DNA of 64,000 nt from Leptospiraceae bacterium (GTDB lineage: Bacteria; Spirochaetota; Leptospiria; Leptospirales; Leptonemataceae). Each line of letters begins with the position of its first letter. The first letter of the stretch is position 1. The stretch is taken from positions 608,001 to 672,000 of the forward strand of contig JAVJNR010000004.1 of NCBI GenBank assembly GCA_040217195.1, given 5' to 3'. The notes beneath the pieces were generated by a model. The model was given only the letters and a program-made list of their open reading frames with translations. It was not told where the DNA came from and ran no database searches. The translations under genes and the position numbers were made by a program. Positions 9,554-16,421 of the stretch are shown in pieces.

Positions 9554-11609
9554 ATAAAGTACCTGCTCGTTGCTCCCGGGGCTTCCAGACAGCCTCCACT
9601 CTCAGACCGGTGCGAATATCATCCACTTTCAATCCATCTACAAGATGATATAGATGTGTATTGGTTCCATCCAGCTTGATATAACCGTAGGTGTAAGGCG
9701 GCTTTCGCGGCTGTCCAGGATACTCCAGATGAACCGTGGTGAAGCTTTCCAGGACTCCGGTGCGGGGGACTTCAATATATTCCGTACATTCTACAAAGCA
9801 AATGCCGCAATAGATCTTGGGCGGAACCTGGATCTTCTTGCATTCCGGGCAACGTGTACCAAAGATTTTTTCCTCATTCTTGAGGCCAGTGTAAAACCTG
9901 GTGAGCGCCTTTCCATAGACCCAGCGATATTCAATATCCACTTTTCCAGGTATTCGATTGAGTAGCTTCTGATTCCGGAGATAGTCTTCAGCCATTCGTT
10001 TCTTCTGAATAGTAAGGTGGCTACTACGAGGAAAATTTGCTACATTGACGATCTTTCCTGGCACAGATTCCACCGGTAGCTGATTTCGCAGTCTGTTTTT
10101 CAATTCAGATACATCCATTGAGGTTGTTTCAACCATACGAACAAAGGCCAGGATCTCCTGGCCCATTTTTGCATCTGGAATACCAATCACCGCCACTTCC
10201 TGAATTTCCGGATAGGAAAGCATTGCCTGTTCAATTTCAGTTGCAAAAACGTCTATGTCATTTCTGCGAATTCGATCCCAGGATCTGCAATGAAAGAACA
10301 ACTGACCCTCTTTTAAATAACCCAGGTCTTCTGTGCGAAACCAGCGCTCCCGGTCTTCCGCGAAATCTTCGACTGCTGACTCATAGGAGGTTGGATTCGT
10401 TTCTACGTTCAAATTGCTTTCCAGATCAATGCTGCGAATCCAAATATCGCCGATCTGCCCGGCTTTCGCCTCCTGAAATGAGGGAGAATCGGGCGCTAGC
10501 ACAGAGTAGCTGGAAGGCTTTGTTCTGGAACTAACAGAGGAATCAGTTTGCAACGATCCTATGCGAATCTCCGTGCCTGGAAGCGCCTGGCCACAGGAAC
10601 TGGACTTTCCTGGAGATTTGACCAGAGAAACAATCCCTGCCAGTTCAGTCACATGGTAGCCCCGGTACAGCACCCAACCGTTTTCTTTGATTCTTGCATA
10701 GCTTTCTGGCGACGGACCATTACCTGAAATCACAACCTTATTCAAAGATTCCGGGTCTACTGAAAGTTCCCCTTCGAGCTGACTGGATGACTGCACATCC
10801 GTTGAACCACGATTCAGGTATGAGTTTAGTGATTTTGAGCAGGCGAATAGTACAGTAGATCTATTACTGTTGCCAGATATTCGCATAGATGCGCCTGCAT
10901 TCATTGCCGACAGAGCAAAAGAAACCACATTGTGAATACTGGAGAGTTCATCCCAGAGTAAGAGCTCATCCCGAGAGTCCAGTTCCAGAAATACGGCCAG
11001 ATCCCTGGCTCTTTTCCAGAGCCCGCAACCAAATCCAATAGGTTTTGGCTGGTTTTCTGTGCCTGCCGTAAATGCGATGATTGCCGGTAAACGATCACCG
11101 GGCATCCCCGGGGTTGCCTGCTTCTCACTACTGAAGGCAACGTGACTGTCAGAGGCGGATTGAGATTCTCCTGGACTATTTTCTTCGCTGTCTTTCCATG
11201 ATTGGTTTTCTGTTATCAGTCCGTCCAGGGACTGAATTACGGACCATACAGGCTCCAGATTGGAATCAAGGGATTTCGAATAACTCAAAAACCGGGCCGA
11301 ACATTTCTGCAGACTTCGCGCGATTTGCTCTCCATTCCAGCGATGGGACAGCAACACCGGGGTGGAATTGGCCATGGAAATGGCAAATAGATCCAGCAAG
11401 ATAGGTAGCTTCTCTGAGTGATAGATACCTGCCGCTGTGCCAGGCTTCAAACCCATTCCTTGAAGCTCCAGGGCCCTTTTTCGCACCAGATCCAGAAAAT
11501 CATTGTAGCTAATGCTACCGTCCTCTGTATTCAAGAAAGGTCTGGAGTTATGCGTCCTGGAAGAGAATTCCAGCATTTCAGATAGCGATACGGGCATTGT
11601 TTCGTTCAT
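9495..11609 (-). CDS. AMP-binding (acyl-CoA ligase-like, degenerate) domain fused to a C-terminal DUF35 Zn-ribbon/OB-fold domain
   Basis: Adenylate-forming fold motifs FTAGTENQPK, YHVTE, WFRTEDLGY and EVAVIGIPDAKMGQE. C-terminal CPEC...CGIC ribbon plus PYTYGYIKLDG...GLRVEAVW OB fold. Start placed at ATG 11609. Confidence 0.85.
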   Translation of the reverse strand: MNETMPVSLSEMLEFSSRTHNSRPFLNTEDGSISYNDFLDLVRKRALELQGMGLKPGTAAGIYHSEKLPILLDLFAISMANSTPVLLSHRWNGEQIARSLQKCSARFLSYSKSLDSNLEPVWSVIQSLDGLITENQSWKDSEENSPGESQSASDSHVAFSSEKQATPGMPGDRLPAIIAFTAGTENQPKPIGFGCGLWKRARDLAVFLELDSRDELLLWDELSSIHNVVSFALSAMNAGASMRISGNSNRSTVLFACSKSLNSYLNRGSTDVQSSSQLEGELSVDPESLNKVVISGNGPSPESYARIKENGWVLYRGYHVTELAGIVSLVKSPGKSSSCGQALPGTEIRIGSLQTDSSVSSRTKPSSYSVLAPDSPSFQEAKAGQIGDIWIRSIDLESNLNVETNPTSYESAVEDFAEDRERWFRTEDLGYLKEGQLFFHCRSWDRIRRNDIDVFATEIEQAMLSYPEIQEVAVIGIPDAKMGQEILAFVRMVETTSMDVSELKNRLRNQLPVESVPGKIVNVANFPRSSHLTIQKKRMAEDYLRNQKLLNRIPGKVDIEYRWVYGKALTRFYTGLKNEEKIFGTRCPECKKIQVPPKIYCGICFVECTEYIEVPRTGVLESFTTVHLEYPGQPRKPPYTYGYIKLDGTNTHLYHLVDGLKVDDIRTGLRVEAVWKPREQRAGTLYDIEYFQPIEGGVSATANG

Positions 11610-11654
11610 GGATTTTTTAGCTCCGATTCCTGGGCGATGGACTGAGCAATTCAA

Positions 11655-12188
11655 TCAGTCGGAAGTTCCTTCGGTCAATGGCTTCGATTCAGGCTTAAAA
11701 TACAGGATGTCTCGAATGCTGCCGGAACTGTGTTCGGCCCAGACAGTAAGTAATGCATCGCCAGGTTTTGTATTCTTCAGAGTTTCCAGAGAACCTACAA
11801 TTAAATGAATCAATTCCGTTTCTACACCCGGATAGAAAATGGCCGCAAGCATATACGGGGGCTGAACACCTTCGGGCAGATTATGCGGGCTGCGATGTAC
11901 AATGGTTCCGGCCTTCAACACAGGATTGTCCTGCACAGACATTAGCTCATCGCATCGTCCTCCAAAGGGTGAGCGAGACTGGGCCGGAAGAAATAGTTTT
12001 CCGGTACGTTTGCATCTTCCTGCCTTGAGCTCTCCCTCTCTCAGTGAAGTCAAAAATGCGCCGATGACAGAGCCCGGATTCCATTGATAGTCCAGTTGCA
12101 CACTACCCTGCATGACCATGGGCTGTATCGTTTCCCATTCGTTTTCCCTGGTGCCAGACAAGGGAGGTTTCCCATCGTTTTGACTCAT
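11655..12188 (-). CDS. DUF35 / OB-fold protein (ChsH2/Rv3521-like)
   Basis: FLTSLREGELKAGRC...PYMLAAI...VWAEHSSGSIRDILYF pattern; 4-bp overlap with the upstream thiolase-like gene. Confidence 0.8.
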   Translation of the reverse strand: MSQNDGKPPLSGTRENEWETIQPMVMQGSVQLDYQWNPGSVIGAFLTSLREGELKAGRCKRTGKLFLPAQSRSPFGGRCDELMSVQDNPVLKAGTIVHRSPHNLPEGVQPPYMLAAIFYPGVETELIHLIVGSLETLKNTKPGDALLTVWAEHSSGSIRDILYFKPESKPLTEGTSD

Positions 12189-13384
12189 TGTGCCTTTCCT
12201 GAGGTAGATTCACGGATCTCCATATCCCGGTCTGAACTGAGAATCATCACTGTGTGGAATTGGATAGCTCCGCCCCATCCCTGGGCCAGACCGATCTTCG
12301 CCCCGGGTACCTGTCTATCGCCGGCTCGGCCCATTACCTGAAGAGCTACTTCTGCCTGCCTGATGATTGCGCTGGCTCCGATTGAATTGTTGGACAATAC
12401 TCCTCCAGATGGATTCACCGGTAGTTTCCCATCCATGGCCGTGGTTCCGTTTTCAATAAGTTTATAGGATTCCCCTGGTTCGCATAGACCCAGAGCATCA
12501 TACCAGAATAGATGCTGGCTGGAAAAAGCATCATACAGCTCCATAACGTCCAGTTGTTCCAGCGGATCCGTAATACCCACAGCACGATAGCAACGCTGGG
12601 CGGCTTCTCGCAAAGCCACAGGATCGCCCCAGTCCCGGTCTGGATAATTGACCCCGTCCGATATCGTGGCTGCGGCCTGAATCCAGGCCAGAGGTTGATC
12701 CAGTTTCTCGGCTACCTTTTCGCCCACCAGAACCATGGCACAGGCTGCATCGGAAGTGGGACAGGCATCCAGCAAACGCAATGGGGTGGATAACCAGTTC
12801 ATGGATTTCATTAGCTCTTCAGATATCTGCGGTAGCTTCAGTTGTGCATTGGGATTCTTCAGAGCATTCTTTCGCATCATGGTGCCAATCTTTGCGAAGT
12901 GGTTCTCATTTACTTCCGGATAATGACTCATATAAATTCTGGTCTGGTTGGCTACCGCCGATGGAGCCCCCCCGGCGAAATCCCGGCCCATGGTGGGCGA
13001 ATAAACCAGAGACAGGCCCTGCTGAACCGAGGATTCGCTCAATTTATCGCCAGAGACAACAAGAACTATGTCAAACATACCCGAAGCCACAAGATTGTAG
13101 CCGGCAATGGTGGTGGCTGCGCCCACTGTTCCCCCGGTTTGAATTCGAAAGTGACTGTTTAAAACACCCACAGAGTAATCTGCCGCCCAGTGTTCCGGTT
13201 CGCCTACCCCCTCGAAGAATTCCGGACCGCTTCCCATGACGGTGCAATCGATCCGATCTTCGCCTATGCCGGCATCATCCAGTGCCAGATCGCAGGCTTC
13301 GCCGATCAATTCCGGGAAATTTACATCCCTTCGCTTGAGCTTTGTCCTTGTCTGTCCAATTCCTGCTATGGCTACCTTTTGCAT
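12185..13384 (-). CDS. Thiolase-fold protein, Ltp3-like (probable acyl-CoA aldolase subunit)
   Basis: GIGQT...PEFFEGV..PE, QTGGTVG (no nucleophilic Cys), CPTSDAA, ELYDAF, VNPSGGVLSNNSIGAS; resembles actinobacterial Ltp3 as I recall it. Confidence 0.85.
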   Translation of the reverse strand: MQKVAIAGIGQTRTKLKRRDVNFPELIGEACDLALDDAGIGEDRIDCTVMGSGPEFFEGVGEPEHWAADYSVGVLNSHFRIQTGGTVGAATTIAGYNLVASGMFDIVLVVSGDKLSESSVQQGLSLVYSPTMGRDFAGGAPSAVANQTRIYMSHYPEVNENHFAKIGTMMRKNALKNPNAQLKLPQISEELMKSMNWLSTPLRLLDACPTSDAACAMVLVGEKVAEKLDQPLAWIQAAATISDGVNYPDRDWGDPVALREAAQRCYRAVGITDPLEQLDVMELYDAFSSQHLFWYDALGLCEPGESYKLIENGTTAMDGKLPVNPSGGVLSNNSIGASAIIRQAEVALQVMGRAGDRQVPGAKIGLAQGWGGAIQFHTVMILSSDRDMEIRESTSGKAQ

Positions 13385-13421
13385 ATCATGTCCACCTATC
13401 TGTTCTTTTCTGCGCCTTCAC

Positions 13422-14549
13422 CTAACGTTCCAGGAAGAAAACTATGTTGGATTGCATGGCAAGACCGGCCTGAGCATGAACCAGTGCGCGGTCCGCTTTC
13501 TTCAGCTGAACCGGTCCGGCTTTTCCCTGGATCTGCAAATGGGCCTCCAGCATTCGCATTAATCCGGTGGCATAGGGAACATGGGAGCAAATAGTTCCCC
13601 CGGACGGATTGACCTGGATCTGATTCGCATCTGAGCGAAGCCACCTGGGCCCGGATAAACTTCCAGTGAGTTGCAAGGCCTCGTACAACATCAATTCTTG
13701 ATGAGCATAGATTTCCTGAACCTCTGCAAAATCCACGTCCGTCGATTTCATTCCTGCTTGAGCAGAGGCCTTTTCCAGCGCCACTCTTGCAGAGGCCACT
13801 GCCCCCAGATTACGAAAGGTGGGATAATATGCATCGCTGGCAAATCCCACGCCTTGAACGAAGGACGCTGCCAGTGAGTTTTCCTTTATGTATTGCTCGG
13901 ATGCCAGAAAAAGCACCACGCATCCGTCTCCGGCTCGGGCGATGCTCAATTCTCTAAGAGGATCTGCCACGGGCTGCGAATCTATTATGTCCCGGGCAAC
14001 TAGATCCATGCCCTGTCCTTGCATGCATCGTGGGTTCAGACTTCCTTTTCTTCGATTCCGGGCCGCGATCTCTGCGAAGTCCATTTCGTTGGCGCCGCTG
14101 GCTTGCATATAGAATTGGGCCTGGAGAGCTGCAATGGAATCCCCATCGGCACCTACAGGCCTTAGATAGAACGGGTCTGCACTCATGGCGCTAAAGGCAG
14201 AATAGCCCACCTGGCTGGCCTTGGAATAGGCAACTACCATCGCGGTTTGAAATTTGCCGGTAAGAATCTTCGCCATGGCATACATGGCTCCCCAGGCACC
14301 GTCCCGTTCCACCTTGGACTCGTCTTTCAGAAAGGAACCGGCCGCCTCCACCTGGTAAACGTGATTTATGGATATACCATCCAGGACGTCATCGGCGCAC
14401 TGAACTACTGTATCAATGTCAGATCTCTGGAGGCCGGCCTCTTTCATGGCCTGGCGCACCGTCAAAAAGACAGTCTCCTCCACCGACAATTCCAGGTTCT
14501 CAGGCTCAATGATTGAAGCCCCACCGATGATCCCCACTCGATTTTGCAT
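13422..14549 (-). CDS. Thiolase-fold protein, Ltp4-like
   Basis: DVLDG, ESKVERDGAW, KILTG, DPFYLRP, IAALQA and VNPSGG; no nucleophilic Cys. Start placed at ATG 14549 (MQNRVGIIG). Confidence 0.82.
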   Translation of the reverse strand: MQNRVGIIGGASIIEPENLELSVEETVFLTVRQAMKEAGLQRSDIDTVVQCADDVLDGISINHVYQVEAAGSFLKDESKVERDGAWGAMYAMAKILTGKFQTAMVVAYSKASQVGYSAFSAMSADPFYLRPVGADGDSIAALQAQFYMQASGANEMDFAEIAARNRRKGSLNPRCMQGQGMDLVARDIIDSQPVADPLRELSIARAGDGCVVLFLASEQYIKENSLAASFVQGVGFASDAYYPTFRNLGAVASARVALEKASAQAGMKSTDVDFAEVQEIYAHQELMLYEALQLTGSLSGPRWLRSDANQIQVNPSGGTICSHVPYATGLMRMLEAHLQIQGKAGPVQLKKADRALVHAQAGLAMQSNIVFFLER

Positions 14550-14567
14550 AGCCTGTCCGAAGGCAGT

Positions 14568-14593
14568 ATTGATTGACAAATCAGTCAATCAAT
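14568..14593. promoter_or_regulatory. Perfect palindrome (candidate repressor operator) overlapping the likely promoter of the ltp4-ltp3-DUF35 operon
   Basis: ATTGATTGAC-aaatca-GTCAATCAAT, 10-bp perfect arms, 18 bp upstream of ATG 14549; contains TTGATT/TTGACT -35-like hexamers on the minus strand. Confidence 0.75.
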
Positions 14594-14650
14594 TTTCACA
14601 GATTGCCTGAATCCAGGGGAGTTCACCGTTTGCAGCGCGGAAAAAGGCGG

Positions 14651-14682
14651 AAAGAAAAAGGCCGGACCAATACGGTCCGACC
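14651..14682 (-). terminator. Rho-independent terminator after the LURP-one-like gene
   Basis: Minus strand GGTCGGACC-gtatt-GGTCCGGCC followed by TTTTTCTTT. Confidence 0.75.
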
Positions 14683-14693
14683 ATCCACAGGGT

Positions 14694-15266
14694 TTACTGC
14701 TGTCGGCCTTCGATGACCTGTAGCAATACAGCCGAAGCAAGGCCCAGACGTCTGTCCAGAGAGGTGCCCGGATGAAAGGTAATTGTGATTTGAGGCACAA
14801 ATGGATTGAATGCCTGTTTGAAGTTTGCGGCTTCCTGACCATTGGCGGTTACAGTGAAAGCCTGAGGCACAAGATTGGAAAGTAGCCGGCGCACCAGAGC
14901 CAGTGCCATACTATCCTCCTGAATCGTGCCGATTTCATTCTCAGCTGAATCCAGAATAATCCATGAATCCCGCAGAATGGATTTCAATCCCTTGCGACGT
15001 AGAGTACCGATTCGTTCACCGGTTTTTGCATCATCCACATCGTAGGATGCTCCAAAGTCGATAATACTTCGGGCATTAATTTTTAGAAGCTCCTCATTGC
15101 GAGACTCGTCAGCGTAGACGGTAATAGCTTCCTTGAGCTTAAAGGCTTTTTGTTTCACGAACAAAAGCAGATTCTGGCGATTTCCATCATAGATTCGGAT
15201 TTCATTTCCGAACAATTTCCAGAATTTCATTCTGCAGTAATACTGGTCGAGAGAGTAGCGATCCAT
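14694..15266 (-). CDS. LURP-one / scramblase (Tubby C-terminal-like) family protein
   Basis: FVKQKAFKLKEAITVY...ARSIIDFGASYDVDD...IGTLRRKGLKSILRDSW pattern. Confidence 0.75.
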   Translation of the reverse strand: MDRYSLDQYYCRMKFWKLFGNEIRIYDGNRQNLLLFVKQKAFKLKEAITVYADESRNEELLKINARSIIDFGASYDVDDAKTGERIGTLRRKGLKSILRDSWIILDSAENEIGTIQEDSMALALVRRLLSNLVPQAFTVTANGQEAANFKQAFNPFVPQITITFHPGTSLDRRLGLASAVLLQVIEGRQQ

Positions 15267-15456
15267 TTTGGTTTCCTGATTCTTAATCCTGGATCTGTCC
15301 AGGTTAGCCCAGTTTGAACTGCCATCACCGTTAATCCAGCCGAATTCAAAATTGCAGGGTACACGGAATTTCTGCAGGTCATTTTCAATTTAGGAGGCGA
15401 CTGAGTCCTGGTGATGCCTGCCTGGGCCACAGACTTCTGGTCAATGCAGCGGCATA

Positions 15457-15486
15457 CCCTGGACAACAAATAAACGTCGTCCAGGG
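15457..15486. promoter_or_regulatory. Inverted repeat in a divergent intergenic region
   Basis: CCCTGGACAAC-aaataaac-GTCGTCCAGGG (10/11 match). Confidence 0.4.
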
Positions 15487-15530
15487 ATTTTAATGGACAT
15501 CTGACAGGACGGGATGTTGTCTAATTAGTA

Positions 15531-16325
15531 ATGAATCCAATGTCCTTCGATCCTCATAATCTAGCTCTGGCACTAATTGTATCTATGGCATTACAGGCCG
15601 TTTTCTTTGCTTTCGCGGCTGCTCTTAAGACAGACAAAGTTACAGACCTTTCCTATAGCCTGACATTTTTGATCCTGGCTCTGGGCCTGCTCGCAATCAA
15701 CCATTCTGCAAGCAAGGCCCATTACTTTCTGGCCTTTATGGTTGCACTCTGGTCTGTTCGGCTAGGGGGTTACCTGCTGGTTCGCATCATTCGCATGGGT
15801 CGGGATCAGAGGTTCGATGGGATACGAGAAAGCTTTGTTGCTTTCCTGCTTTTCTGGGTATTTCAGGGCATTACGGTCTGGGTCACCATGCTTCCTGTGA
15901 TTTATGCATTGAGCCAACCGGAACTGCCTGCGGGAACTGCATTTATGTCTGGCGCAGGTTTATGGCTTCTGGGTCTTGCCTACGAGTCCATTGCAGATCA
16001 GCAGAAGTTTTCCTTTAAGAATGATCCGGCAAATGAGAATCGCTGGATAGATACCGGCCTGTGGAAGTATTCCAGACATCCAAATTATTTTGGCGAGATA
16101 CTGCTCTGGTGGGGCCTTTTTGTGGCAGTGCTACCCACCCTTTCCGGATGGGCCTATCTGCTAATAGCTGGACCTATCTTCATAACTTGCATTCTTCTGT
16201 TCTTCAGTGGAATACCACCTCTAGAAAGACGATACGCCAGAAAGTACGGAAACAATTCGCAATTCCAGAGATACAAAAAGGGAACGAGCCTGCTGATACC
16301 CTGGAAGCCTGCTCGCATCGGCTGA
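15531..16325 (+). CDS. DUF1295 family membrane protein (steroid 5-alpha-reductase/ICMT-like superfamily)
   Basis: KTDKVTDLSY, WSVRLG, DQRFD, ESIADQQKF, GLWKYSRHPNYFGE, SGIPPLE. Confidence 0.92.
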   Translation: MNPMSFDPHNLALALIVSMALQAVFFAFAAALKTDKVTDLSYSLTFLILALGLLAINHSASKAHYFLAFMVALWSVRLGGYLLVRIIRMGRDQRFDGIRESFVAFLLFWVFQGITVWVTMLPVIYALSQPELPAGTAFMSGAGLWLLGLAYESIADQQKFSFKNDPANENRWIDTGLWKYSRHPNYFGEILLWWGLFVAVLPTLSGWAYLLIAGPIFITCILLFFSGIPPLERRYARKYGNNSQFQRYKKGTSLLIPWKPARIG

Positions 16326-16340
16326 CTTGCCCCGATACCC

Positions 16341-16402
16341 GAGTTGCGAAGCTCCAGAGTTGCGAAGCTCCAGAGTTGCAAAGCTCCAGAGTTGCAAAGC
16401 TC
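16341..16402. repeat. Tandem 16-bp repeat x4 (GAGTTGC(G/A)AAGCTCCA), each unit a mini-hairpin
   Basis: Units start at 16341, 16357, 16373 and 16389, between convergent genes. Confidence 0.95.
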
Positions 16403-16421
16403 TGAAATTCTACAAAGGACT

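Noticed and set aside
16341..16402. Possible CRISPR array
   Set aside because: Contiguous 16-bp units with no spacers and no cas genes.
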